Shown: positions 1 through 12,338 of the stretch, piece after piece
Position numbering within the stretch: position 1 is the stretch's first letter
Layout of the letters: each line of letters opens with the position of its first letter
Assembly (NCBI GenBank): GCA_002269645.1
Contig: NIVC01004915.1
Coordinates: 1 to 31,596 of the forward strand
Reading direction: 5' to 3'
Origin: Macrostomum lignano
Lineage: Eukaryota
Length of the DNA stretch: 31,596 nt
The notes under the pieces: model-generated
What the model was told of the DNA's origin: nothing
Seen by the model: the letters and a program-made list of their open reading frames with translations, nothing else
The model's database searches: none
Translations under genes and position numbers: made by a program

Positions 1-130
1 CAGCGCTGCCGAGACGCCGGAGTCCATCAGGCTGGCCGCCGCTTCGCCGCCCCAGCTGGAGGACGGACTGGACTCGTTTGATGAGGAGCGGGGTTTTGAG
101 TCCGGCGGCAGCCAGCAGCAGGGAGATTAG
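1..130 (+). CDS. Possible 3' end of a coding exon of an upstream plus-strand gene (...AQLEDGLDSFDEERGFESGGSQQQGD*)
   Basis: GC-rich open frame ending in TAG at 128-130, followed by AT-richer sequence. No recognisable domain. The first sequence line shows only 59 nt as I read it, so the frame before position 61 is uncertain. Confidence 0.35.
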   Translation, partial: SAAETPESIRLAAASPPQLEDGLDSFDEERGFESGGSQQQGD

Positions 131-234
131 CGCTGGCTCTGCTGGACCTGATTGTGCTTGTTAATGTTCTTTTATTCAGTCAGTTGCGGCTCTGGAGCTT
201 GCGGTGGTACAGCTTATCAAATTTATAACTGAAT

Positions 235-712
235 CCCAGATCCTCAGTTACTAGGCCAGCCTCACAGATTCCCAGTTGGTTAGCCAGCCTCCCAGATCCC
301 CAGTTGCTTAGCCAGCTTCCCAGATCCCCAGTTGCTGCGCCAGCCTCCCAGATCCTCAGTTGCTGTGCCAGCCTCCAGATCCCAGTTTCTGGGCCAGCCT
401 CCCAGATCCTCAGTTGCTGGGCCAGCCTCCCAGATCTTCAGTTGCTGCGCCAGCCTCCCAGATCCCAGTTGCTGTGCCAGCCTCCCAGATCCTCAGTTGC
501 TGGGCCAGCCTCCCAGATCCTCAGTTGCTGGGCCAGCCTCCCAGATCCTCAGCTGCTGAGCCGCCACTCGCTGCCCAGATCCTCAGCTGCTGAGCCGCCA
601 CTCGCTGCCCAGATCCTCAGCTGCTGAGCCGCCACTCGCTGCCCAGATCCTCAGCTGCTGAGCCGCCACTCGCTGCCCAGATCCTCAGCTGCGGAGCCGC
701 CACTCGCTGCCT
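235..712. repeat. Compound minisatellite: 28-bp unit (gccagcctcccagatcctcagttgctgg), then 34-bp variant (cagatcctcagctgctgagccgccactcgctgcc) x~5
   Basis: Periods measured directly: 481 to 509 = 28; 542 to 576 = 34. Explains ORFs 304-627, 332-559 and 360-593. Confidence 0.9.
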
Positions 713-1301
713 AGATACGAACATGGGTATTGTAAATAAGCTCCGTATTATCAGTGCTACTCAAGTGCAAGTAAATTTGCCCTTCATAGCTCCTTCCAAC
801 GATACAAGTGATAATCTGTCAAAGTTCTGCTGTTAAACATGAAATATCAAGGCTTACTGTATTCTCTGAGATAGGTGAAGTCTTCATTGAATTGCATATT
901 TAACTCTTAGTTTATTATTTTATTGAGAAACTTTTAATATTGGCCTATTTTATTAGGAGTATCTCGCGACACTGGGGAGCCGCCATGCAGAGCGGACCGT
1001 CTGTGCCACGCCTTATAAACTGTCTGTTTCCTGTCTGTTTATACACTTTGTTTATTTATATTTTGTTTTCACCCTGTCGCTAGGCAGCGCTAGTTAATGC
1101 ACAGATACTGTCGTGGCAGTTTTTTTATTCTGAAAACTTTATTTGTTTGCCTGTTTGCTTTCTCCATGTGCAAAGCCGCCTGTGGCAGCTAATATGATAT
1201 CGCGATCGGCTTCTGAGCCCTTTCGTACCTTTGTCGCCGTATTTTAACTTTGACTTGCCCTCTTATCACGGTTCTCTGCGTCTCCGGACACCTGATTCTC
1301 G

Positions 1302-1877
1302 TCTGCCTTCTCTGCCTTCTCATCTGCCTACTCTGCCTTATCTGCCTACTCTGCCTTCTCATCTGCCTACTCTGACTTTCCATCTGCCTTCTCATCTGCC
1401 TTCTCTGCCTTCTCATCTGCCTTCTATCTGCCTTCTCTGCCTTCTTATCTGCCTTCTCATCTGCCTTCTCATCTGCCTTCTCATCTGCCTTCTCTGCCTT
1501 CTCATCTGCCTTCTCATCTGCCTTCTCTGCCTTCTCATCTGCCTTCTCATCTGCCTTCTCTGCCTTCTCATCTGCCTTCTCATCTGCCTTCTCTGCCTTC
1601 TCATCGGCCTTCTCATCTGCCTACTCTGCCTTCTCATCTGCCTTCTCATCTGCCTACTCTGCCTTCTCATCTGCCTTCTCTGCCTTCTTCTCTGCCTTCT
1701 CATCTGCCTTCTCTGCCTTCTCATCTGCCTTCTCATCTGCCTTCTCATCTGCCTTCTCATCTGCCTTCTCTGCCTTCTCATCTGCCTTCTCATCTGCCTA
1801 CTCTGCCTTCTCATCTGCCTTCTCTGCCTTCTTCTCTGCCTTCTCTGCCTTCTCATCTGCCTTCTCTGCCTTCTCAT
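1302..1877. repeat. Mixed 9/12-bp tandem repeat (ctgccttct / catctgccttct)
   Basis: Seen directly. Produces the ICLLCLL, RRQMRRQ and EKADEKA reading frames. Confidence 0.93.
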
Positions 1878-2684
1878 CACATTTTCTGCCGTCTCTCTTC
1901 CCCCCAGCTCCCCTCTTTCCCTGCCTTCCCTGCCCAATGCTGTTAATAAATTGAAATCCGACTCCTACACTCGCATCCCGCGCGCACTCCTGCATCCACT
2001 CACTGCGGTCAGTACTAATGTGTAATAATACATTAGCCATAAAATCTACTCTATGCTACTGCTGCTAGCGACTCTGTGTGTACATTTCTGCGATCTTTTT
2101 CGCGCTAGGCTATTTCTAAACCTACTTTAATACACTAAAAAAAGATTTGCAAAAACTTGGAGTTATTATCATACGTAATGTCATAAACTATTAAATTAAT
2201 TATGCTTGTAAGTCTCTTGTGTAGAATCTGTTTTTCTACGGGTTTAGTGTGTATTTTGTAGAGTTTGTAAGCGGGACACTTGAGAAAAATTCACTTAGAG
2301 TGTATTAAGCGAGTGTGTGTTTTATATTCCTTACTAGTGACATACATTATAATAATTATATTCACAATAAGCGGTAGCCTCTACTCTAAGTAGCATTATT
2401 TGGGCATATGCAAGATTAATTTAAAAGTATTGCTGGGAAAATTGTTGAAACGGTGGTGGAGCAGTTCACACGGTACGATTCATAGCGAACGGTTTTCTGT
2501 ACATAAATGCTCAGCGAATGTCGCTTCATCTACTGTTCTTTTCAATTATTCTTGTCTAAAAAACTAAATAGGGTGAGTGTTGGTGACAGCTCTTGCATAG
2601 GCTGTGGTGCGAATGGCAGGCCAGTTTTGCGAAAACATCACCTCTTGTAAAGGAATAAACCAATGGAATGCTCGAGTCATGCCT

Positions 2685-3355
2685 TGGGTCAGGGAATGGG
2701 ATCTGGATTCCATTTGGGTCAGGGAATGGGATCTGGATTCGATTTGGGTCAGGGAATGGGATCTAGATTCCATTTGGGTCAGGGAATGGGGATCTAGATT
2801 CCATTTGGGTCAGGAAATGAGGATCTAGATTCCATTTGGGTCAGGGAATGGGATCTGGACTCATTTGGGTCAGGGAATGGGGATCTGGACTCATTTGGTT
2901 CAGGGAATGGGGATCTGGACTCAATTGGGTCAGGGAATGGGGATCTGGACTCAATTGGTTCAGGGAATGGGGATCTGGACTCAATTGGGTCAGGGAATGG
3001 GGGCCTGGACTCAATTGGTTCAGGGAATGGGGATCTGGACTCAATTGGGTCAGGGAATGGGGATCTGAACTCAATTGGGTCAGGGAATGGGGATCTGGAC
3101 TCAATTGGGTCAGGGAATGGGGATCTGGACTCATTTGGGTCAGGGAATGGGGATCTGGACTGAATTGGGTCAGGGAATGGGGGCCTGGACTCAATTGGTT
3201 CAGGGAATGGGGATCTGGACTCATTTGGGTCAGGGAATGGGGATCTGGACTCAATTGGGTCAGGGAATAGGGATCTGGACTCCATTGGGTTGGGGAATGG
3301 GGATCTGGACTCAATTGGGTCAGGGAATGGGGATCTGGACTCATTTGGGTCAGGG
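2685..3355. repeat. 30-bp minisatellite (tgggtcagggaatggggatctggactcaat), ~22 copies
   Basis: Seen directly; 10-aa periodicity in all overlapping ORFs. Confidence 0.95.
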
Positions 3356-3824
3356 CAAGCAAACCGTTATTCCGAGCCGCTGCCAGTTGCTAAGACAAAT
3401 GTCCGTGATGCAGATTAAAAGTGCAAAGTGCAGGTCATTGTGCCAGGCTAAATCGAGCGTCACCTTTCCGGATGCACCGAATAGCTAATGAGGTTATCGA
3501 ACAATTGCAACAACTATGCACTATAGAAAATCTATAATGCTGCAGACATTAGCGCAATCTTCGGCGAGCCCACTGCCGTACAGCGGGTGGCAATTAGGTT
3601 ATCCTGAGCGGTGAACCCTGGCCAGCATAGTGGAGCCCCGCGTCAACTCATTTTCTGTCGCCTGAAATTGCTTTCTCAAATCAGGTTTGCCGTCTCTAAG
3701 TCCCCCCTGCCGGACTGCATGGGCGCGCCCTCCGATTCCACTTCGCCGAGCGGAATGCGCTAATCTCCTCTAATCCCTTCTGAAAATCACAACTTAAATA
3801 GCTTGAGAATGAGCATGAGAGATC

Positions 3825-4250
3825 ACTGAGAATCCGTTAAAACTGCCAGAGAATCTCCTAAAACTACCTGAGAATCTCCTAAAACTACCTGAGTCCCCTA
3901 AAACTGTCTGAGAATCTCCCTCTCTACAACTACTTGAGAATCTCCCCTAAAACTGTCTGAGAATCTCCCCTAAGACCCACTGAGTAAATTCTTTTAAAAC
4001 TACCCTAGTATCTCCCCTAAAACTACCTGAGAATCTCCTAAAACTACCTGAGTCCCCTAAAACTACTTGAGAATCTCCCCTAAAACTGTCTGAGAATCTC
4101 CCCTAATACTCTCAGAGAATCTCCCCTAAGACCCACTGAGTAAATTCTTTTAAAACTACCCTAGTATCTCCCCTAAAACTACCTGAGAACCTGCCTCTAG
4201 AACTACCTTAGAATCTCCCTTAAAATACTAGAGAATCTCCTCTAAAACTA
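3825..4250. repeat. Degenerate AT-rich ~20-25-bp tandem repeat (ctgagaatctcccctaaaacta) with an internal longer duplication
   Basis: Seen directly. The block ctaagacccactgagtaaattcttttaaaactaccctagtatctcc occurs at ~3970 and ~4126. Confidence 0.85.
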
Positions 4251-4367
4251 TTCGAGATTATTATTTTGACCACTCCGATGAAGAAGAATTTCTAGGAACT
4301 GACAGCAACTTTATATCACTCGAAGGGTTTGTGAGGATCTCCAATACAGCCTCGATAGGTAGGGCTC

Positions 4368-4657
4368 TCAGCACAGGTAGGGCGAACTGCAGTAGACATT
4401 GTCCCCGGCTAGCCTTCTAGAAGCTGCGGCTGCCGCGCCTCGAGAATCGTCCAACCGTCTACTGTCGCTCGTGCCGCTGTCCGGATCGTCAACGTCTTGG
4501 AATGCCGGAGCGGCGGCGGCTCCGGCTGCTGACTGGGGTGGACACCGGCGCATCAGCGGCCGCTCCTGCTGAGATGTCGGCCGCACCAGCGGGAGAGACA
4601 GCTGGCCTGCTCGGGCTGGGGTGGGGCGGCGGCTGGGATGAAGGGTCGCGGTCATGG
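4368..4657 (-). CDS. Probable terminal exon of the protocadherin (cytoplasmic tail: AMTATLHPSRRPTP...PAFQDVDDPDSGTSDSRRLDDS...YCSSPYLC*); the 5' boundary may be anywhere up to 5329
   Basis: GC-rich open frame with stop TGA at 4370-4368. A phase-1 acceptor (ttcatcag|CC, AG at 4659-4658) matches the phase-1 donor at 12338. No homology proof; the acceptor choice and possible intervening exons are uncertain. Confidence 0.55.
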
Positions 4658-5333
4658 CTGATGAAGGGTCGGTGATGGCTGATGAAGGGTCGGTCATGGC
4701 TGATGAAGGGTCAGTGATGGATGATGAAGGGTCGGTGATGGCTGATGAAGGGTCGGTCATGGCTGATGAAGGGTCAGTGATGGATGATGAAGGGTCGGTG
4801 ATGGCTGATGAAGGGTCGGTCATGGCTGATGAAGGGTCAGTGATGGATGATGAAGGGTCGGTCATGGCTGATGAAGGGTCGGTCATGGCTGATGAAGGGT
4901 CGGTGATGGATGATGAAGGGTCGGTGATGGCTGATGAAGGGTCGGTGATGGCTGATGAAGGGTCGGTGATGGCTGATGAAGGGTCGGTCATGTCTGATGA
5001 AGGGTCGGTCATGGCTGATGAAGGGTCGGTCATGGCTGATGAAGGGTCAGTGATGGATGATGAAGGGTCGGTCATGGCTGATGAAGGGTCGGTCATGGCT
5101 GATGAAGGGTCAGTGATGGATGATGAAGGGTCGGTCATGGCTGATGAAGGGTCGGTCATGGCTGATGAAGGGTCGGTGATGGATGATGAAGGGTCGGTCA
5201 TGTCTGATGAAGGGTCGGTCATGGCTGATGAAGGGTCGGTGATGGCTGATGAAGGGTCGGTGATGGCTGATGAAGGGTCGGTCATGGCTGATGAAGGGTC
5301 GGTCATGGCTGATGAAGGGTCGGTGATGGCTGA
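4651..5333. repeat. 21-bp minisatellite (minus-strand unit CCATGACCGACCCTTCATCAG), ~32-33 copies, directly abutting the terminal exon
   Basis: 7-aa periodicity (TDPSSAM / MADEGSV); 5329-4657 = 672 = 32 x 21. Confidence 0.95.
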
Positions 5334-5885
5334 GTAAGCTATTGATAGGGTACATGTACATGTAGAGTTACAAGCAGTAATCCATCAGTGGTAAGATAGC
5401 AACGGTGGTTAGAAACCCCATATTAGTTATTGTCAAAAAGCACACACTGACAACAAAACAAGGAAGTCGCTCTGCATGCGAACGGCATTGTCTGGGATAC
5501 CCCGGCGTTCGCGTACTGTACACTGGCGTGTACACTGATACGGTTTGCCTGCACCGTGAAAATGCAACAGCAGGAACAGTTTTCACTGCTGGGAGTGGGC
5601 CAGGCCGAACCACTGTGACAGCCGGACAGCTGCCGCCTATCTGTCAGAGCTTTGCTGGGGCTCGGGCAATTTTTAACTTGGGGTCAGAATTGATAAGCCA
5701 TGCGGTTATCCGGCACTGCGCTGATGTGCTTGCAGATTTTGTTTGCGAATATTGCATCTCGAATTTCTGCGTGCCGAATCGCGTCCGGAATCTCAGCCAG
5801 AATTTTGTGAATAATGCGATTGGATCTTTCAAATTTTATTCTTTAGTTGGCTTAGCCATTGCTGTGGTGTGGTTGGGATCACTTA

Positions 5886-6675
5886 GGTCTCTCATGGTTC
5901 AGTCAGGGTCTCTCATGGCTCAGTCAGGGTCTCTCATGGCTCAGTCAGGTCTCTCATGGCTCAGTCAGGTCTCTCATGGCTCAGTCAGGTCTCTCATGGC
6001 TCAGTCAGGGTCTCTCATGGCTCAGTCAGGTCTCTCATGGCTCAGTCAGGTCTCTCATGGCTCAGTCAGGTCTCTCATGGCTCAGTCAGGTCTCTCATGG
6101 CTCAGTCAGGGTCTCTCATGGCTCAGTCAGGTCTCTCATGGTTCAGTCAGGTCTCTCGGGGTTCAGTCAAGTCTCTCATGGCTCAGTCAGGGTCTCTCAT
6201 GGCTCAGTAAGGTCTCTCATGGTTCAGTCAGGGTCTCTCATGGCTCAGTCAGGTCTTTCATGACTCAGTAAGGGTCTCTCAAGGCTCAGTCAGGTCTCTC
6301 ATGGCTCAGTCAGGTCTCTCATGGTTCAGTCAGGGTCTTTCATGGCTCAGTCAGGTCTCTCATGGTTCAGTCAGGGTCTCTCATGGTTCAGTCAGGTCTC
6401 TCATGGCTCAGTCAGGTCTCTCATGGTTCAGTCAGGGTCTCTCACGGCTCAGTCAGGTCTCTCATGACTCAGTAAGGGTCTCTCAAGGCTCAGTCAGGTC
6501 TCTCATGGCTCAGTCAGGTCTCTCATGACTCAGTAAGGGTCTCTCAAGGCTCAGTCAGGTCTCTCATGGCTCAGTCAGGTCTCTCATGGCTCAGTCAGGT
6601 CTCCCATGGTTCAGTCAGGTCTCTCGGGGTTCAGTCAGGGTCCCTTATGACTCACTAAGTAGGTCTCTCATGACT
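5886..6675. repeat. 20/21-bp minisatellite (tctctcatggctcagtcagg[g]), ~38 copies
   Basis: Seen directly. Confidence 0.93.
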
Positions 6676-7403
6676 CACTAAGGTTCACTCAGGTCTTCTA
6701 ATAAACTAATTAACTAAATAACTTTTGAATTTTTTCAATCCTCGCGCATCATTGTATTTTACGAGTGCGCACTGCAATTTGAAAAGTCAAGCGAGAGAAA
6801 CGAACCCTGGTCAGAAATAGCAGAATTGTTTCCGCAGGAGGATTAGGCGGGCTAATTGATACCCGCGATGCTGATGTATCTTTATGGCCTCCACCACCGA
6901 GTGTTAGAGATGTGGGAGGAGATCGCAGAAATCTGGCGACCTTCCTCCCGTGTTTCTTCAGCCGGGGGCCAGCAAAACTGCATTGCTGGCAGTTCATAAA
7001 ATTCCTGCGCTGCCGGTGGCTCAGCTCCGCTGGTTTCCCGTCTGGCTTTTTCTTTCTTTCGAATTTCTTTGGCCCACCGGGGCATTGCTGGGGATGTTGA
7101 GTGGCTCGCAGGCTGGAGTCCCGTCGGGGCTGGCCATTAGACTGCGTTAAAAATTTAACGGATTAATGGATTGCGAATTTAGGGGGATCGGAGTGGACCC
7201 GCAGCGGCTTCTGCTGCGCGAGGCTCTGCCGCATGTGCACACGCGTGTGATGCTGTGTAGCGATAGCCTCATCTCCGGGGTGATGCAGAATCCTTGTGAA
7301 GCATGTGGAACAAACATTACCTTCTGTGTGATACAACCCCACCTGGGTGAAACAATCATACTTACAGGGAGACAGCTAGACCGGCCCTTCTCAATCTCGT
7401 TTG

Positions 7404-7695
7404 ACACAATCTCACACTCCGAGTGACACAATCTCACCTTCCGAGTGACACAATCTCAACTTCCGAGTGACACAATCTCAACTTCTGAGTGACACAATCT
7501 CAACTTCCGAGTGACACAATCTCAACTTCTGAGTGACACAATCTCAACTTCCGAGTGACACAATCTCAACTTCTGAGTGACACAATCTCAACTTCCGAGT
7601 GACACAATCTCAACTTCCGAGTGACACAATCTCACACTCCGAGTGACACGATCTCACACTCCGGGTGACACGATCTCACACTTCCGAGTGACACA
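7404..7695. repeat. 22-bp minisatellite (gagtgacacaatctcaacttcc), ~13 copies
   Basis: Seen directly. Confidence 0.92.
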
Positions 7696-8354
7696 AGACA
7701 CACAATTCCTACAGTTCTTCCCCATTGCAGCTCCCTTATTGCTCACACTTGGGCCACTATGCCTGCTGATACAAAAAGTAAAGTTTATGTTGGTATCGTT
7801 TGTAATAATCTGTACTGAATTTTCGACTCTTAATGATTTCTCCTGGTTATAACCCCAGCATTATAGCTCGTGATCTTGTTGATATTGCCAAACATTCAGT
7901 GGTTACTGCAGCTAGCGCCGCACTCAAGTAATTTCTCTCCTATCCGCCCACAACCGTTGCGAATTCCGCAGCTCCCCTGGCGCACTGATTGGGAATCGCT
8001 GCAGATTGCCCCCTCCCCGCCCCAGGCTACATGGCAGCTGTTGAATGCAGCCTGGGCAGGTCAGTCAGTGGGGACAGGCGACACACAAAAGCTGAGGGAA
8101 GACGCCGCGCACCACCTTTGGACTAATGAGCTCCCTCGCCTGCCCGGCTGTTGGGTAGTTGGGCTGTGAGACTGAGAGCTCAAGGGGAAGTGCAAGCGGC
8201 TATAGCTGATAAGACTCGAGTCTGCTCCCTGCTGCGCATTGGAAAGATGTTTGCAGGGATTTTACTTTGGGGAATAGAGGTTTCCAGTACTTAGAAATTG
8301 CTGATGGGCAGTGAATGGAGATTGATGGAGAATAATGGGAGAGTAGTCTGTGAA

Positions 8355-8725
8355 TTCGTGGTGAAAGAATGGTGAATGGGTAGTGAAGGGATGGTGAATG
8401 GACAGTGAAGGGACGGTGAATGGATAGTGAAGGGATGGTGAATGAATTGTGAAGGGATGGTGAATGGATCGTGAAGGGACGGTGAATGAATTGTGAAGGG
8501 ATGGTGAATGGACAGTGAAGGGACGGTGAATGAATTGTGAAGGGATGGTGAATGGATAGTGAAGCGACGGTGAATGGATTGTGAAGGGATGGTGAATGGA
8601 GGATGGTGAATGGCAGTGAAGGGATTATGAATGACAGTGCAAGGATGGTGAATGGATGGTGAAGGGATGGTGAATGGATGGTGAAGGGATGGTGAATGGC
8701 AGTGAAAGGATGATGAATGGCAGTA
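8355..8725. repeat. Degenerate ~22-bp purine-rich repeat (gtgaagggatggtgaatggata)
   Basis: Seen directly; source of the HHPFTI ORFs. Confidence 0.88.
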
Positions 8726-9687
8726 AAGGGATAGTGAGTTGATAGAAAAAAGATGACACAATAAGTGTGAACACACAATGCGCTAACAGGGAACTCAGTG
8801 AGGCGGTATCAACTGAAGGTTGATTGGCCCATAAATCCAGAAACCTGGAGGCCGGTGGTTAACCAGGCGCACAGACCTCAGGCCTCAATTCATTGCAGCC
8901 TCAGGCTTGTAGGCCTCACAAAGCCAGAGATAATTGGCAGTGGAGGGAGGCTGAAAATACCTGCCTATCCTTGGCTGCTCCGACCCCCCCCCCAGAGATT
9001 CGCGGAAAAGATTCAGCCGAAACAAATGAGTGCGAGGTGCAAACTTCGGGCGCAGGAAACAAATGGTTCAATAAAGATGAAGCAGCACTGATACCCGGCC
9101 TGTCCCCGCGCCCAGTCTCCCAGATGCTGCGAAGATTAACTGTGTAGAGGCCGGCACTGCTGCGTGCGCCCCCCCCCCAACCTCCCCGGGTCCTCTACGG
9201 GTTTTTAAATCCCCAAAATGGGACGCGCGATGCCTCCTGCTTGACACTGATTTATGAAAAGTAGCCGCCGGAGTCGGTGGTTGAAAAGTAACACTTCCGT
9301 GTAGGCTGTGGAAGCTGTGCGAAAGCCCGGGGATCCCCGGGATCTGAGCTTTCAATCAAGTTCGGTTCGTTCAGCCAATCCTTTGTTGTCTCTCCTCTCT
9401 TTCGCTGTTTTGCAAACAAACTGCACGCCGGGCCCAACTCTGCTGCCCCTTCAGGACTTTTGCACTTTCTGGCCCTGCCTTCCCGCAGATTTCACCGCTT
9501 GATTTCTGAAGTTTCCTACAGTTTTCTGCAATCTGTTAAAAGATCATCGGGTTCTGTGTACTTCTAATGATTGAACAGGGGGTTCCCGGATGCTTTAGGT
9601 TTAAGTGCTCCCGGGAACAGAGTGTGGCAATGTTTATTGCCCTCGAGATCTCTTTGCTGTGGTCTCTCAAGTCTCATGGATCTCTCT

Positions 9688-12299
9688 CTGTGATCTCCCT
9701 GTTGTCACTGATCTCCCTGTTGTCTGTGTGATCTCCCTGTTGTCTGTGTGATCTCCCTGTTGTCTGTGTGATCTCCCTGTTGTCTGTGTGATCTCCCTGT
9801 TGTCTGTGTGATCTCCCTGTTGTCTGTGTGATCTCCCTGTTGTCACTGATCTCCCTGTTGTCACTGATCTCCCTGTTGTCACTGTGATCTCCCTGTTGTC
9901 ACTGATCTCCCTGTTGTCACTGATCTCCCTGTTGTCAATGTGATCTCCCTGTTGTCACTGATCTCCCTGTTGTCACTGATCTCCCTGTTGTCAATGTGAT
10001 CTCCCTGTTGTCACTGATCTCCCTGTTGTCACTGTGATCTCCCTGTTGTCACTGATCTCCCTGTTGTCACTGTGATCTCCCTGTTGTCACTGATCTCCCT
10101 GTTGTCACTGTGATCTCCCTGTTGTCACTGATCTCCCTGTTGTCACTGTGATCTCCCTGTTGTCTCTGTGATCTTCCTGTTGTCACTGATCTCCCTGTTG
10201 TCACTGATCTCCCTGTTGTCACTGATCTCCCTGTTGTCACTGATCTCCCTGTTGTCACTGTGATCTCCCTGTTGTCACTGATCTCCCTGTTGTCACTGTG
10301 ATCTCCCTGTTGTCACTGATCTCCCTGTTGTCACTGTGATCTCCCTGTTGTCTCTGTGATCTCCCTGTTGTCACTGTGATCTTCCTGTTGTCTCTGTGAT
10401 CTTCCTGTTGTCTCTGTGATCTTCCTGTTGTCTGTGTGATCTTCCTGTTGTCTGTGTGATCTTCCTGTTGTCACTGATCTCCCTGTTGTCACTGATCTCC
10501 CTGTTGTCACTGATCTTCCTGTTGTCACTGTGATCTCCCTGTTGTCACTGATCTCCCTGTTGTCACTGATCTCCCTGTTGTCACTGTGATCTCCCTGTTG
10601 TCACTGATCTCCCTGTTGTCACTGATCTTCCTGTTGTCACTGTGATCTCCCTGTTGTCACTGATCTCCCTGTTGTCTGTGTGATCTTCCTGTTGTCTGTG
10701 TGATCTTCCTGTTGTCTGTGTGATCTCCCTGTTGTCTGTGTGATCTTCCTGTTGTCTGTGTGATCTTCCTGTTGTCTGTGTGATCTCCCTGTTGTCTGTG
10801 TGATCTTCCTGTTGTCTGTGTGATCTCCCTGTTGTCACTGATCTCCCTGTTGTCACTGTGATCTCCCTGTTGTCACTGATCTCCCTGTTGTCACTGTGAT
10901 CTCCCTGTTGTCACTGTGATCTCCCTGTTGTCACCGTGATCTCCCTGTTGTCACTGTGATCTCCCTGTTGTCACTGTGATCTCCCTGTTGTCACTGATCT
11001 TCCTGTTGTCACTGTGATCTCCCTGTTGTCACTGTGATCTTCCTGTTGTTACTGTGATCTCCCTGTTGTCACTGATCTCCCTGTTGTCACTGATCTCCCT
11101 GTTGTCACTGATCTCCCTGTTGTCACTGATCTCCCTGTTGTCACTGATCTCCCTGTTGTCACTGATCTCCCTGTTGTCACTGTGATCTCCCTGTTGTCAC
11201 TGATCTCCCTGTTGTCACTGTGATCTCCCTGTTGTCACTGATCTCCCTGTTGTCACTGTGATCTCCCTGTTGTCACTGATCTCCCTGTTGTCACTGTGAT
11301 CTCCCTGTTGTCACTGATCTCCCTGTTGTCACTGTGATCTCCCTGTTGTCACTGATCTCCCTGTTGTCACTGTGATCTCCCTGTTGTCACTGATCTCCCT
11401 GTTGTCACTGTGATCTCCCTGTTGTCTCTGTGATCTTCCTGTTGTCACTGATCTCCCTGTTGTCACTGATCTCCCTGTTGTCACTGATCTCCCTGTTGTC
11501 ACTGATCTCCCTGTTGTCACTGATCTCCCTGTTGTCACTGTGATCTCCCTGTTGTCACTGATCTCCCTGTTGTCACTGTGATCTCCCTGTTGTCACTGAT
11601 CTCCCTGTTGTCACTGTGATCTCCCTGTTGTCTCTGTGATCTCCCTGTTGTCACTGTGATCTTCCTGTTGTCTCTGTGATCTTCCTGTTGTCTCTGTGAT
11701 CTCCCTGTTGTCTGTGTGATCTTCCTGTTGTCTGTGTGATCTTCCTGTTGTCACTGATCTCCCTGTTGTCACTGATCTCCCTGTTGTCACTGATCTCCCT
11801 GTTGTCACTGTGATCTCCCTGTTGTCACTGATCTTCCTGTTGTCACTGATCTCCCTGTTGTCACTGTGATCTCCCTGTTGTCACTGATCTCCCTGTTGTC
11901 ACTGATCTTCCTGTTGTCACTGTGATCTCCCTGTTGTCACTGATCTCCCTGTTGTCACTGATCTCCCTGTTGTCACTGTGATCTCCCTGTTGTCACTGAT
12001 CTCCCTGTTGTCTGTGTGATCTTCCTGTTGTCTGTGTGATCTTCCTGTTGTCTGTGTGATCTCCCTGTTGTCACTGTGATCTCCCTGTTGTCACTGATCT
12101 CCCTGTTGTCACTGATCTCCCTGTTGTCACTGTGATCTCCCTGTTGTCACTGATCTCCCTGTTGTCACTGATCTCCCTGTTGTCACTGTGATCTCCCTGT
12201 TGTCACTGATCTCCCTGTTGTCACTGTGATCTCCCTGTTGTCACTGTGATCTCCCTGTTGTCACCGTGATCTCCCTGTTGTCACTGTGATCTCCCTGTT
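9688..12299. repeat. 2.6-kb 18/20-bp minisatellite (gatctccctgttgtcact[gt]) in protocadherin intron 3
   Basis: Seen directly. Variant units (tctgtg, tctctg, cttcc) are interspersed. Starts ~40 nt after the exon-3 donor. Confidence 0.97.
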
Positions 12300-12338
12300 C
12301 TACTCGCACTCCTGCACCGCATCCGCACTCGAACTCAC

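Noticed and set aside
9095-9139. Possible 45-nt phase-1/1 cassette exon (VNLRSIWETGRGDRP) with acag| and |gtatca
   Set aside because: It is phase-compatible, but the pyrimidine tract and donor are weak and such matches arise by chance. RNA data would be needed.
9326-9341. Perfect 16-bp palindrome cccggggatccccggg resembling a SmaI/BamHI polylinker
   Set aside because: No other vector sequence flanks it, and it is too short to support contamination or function.
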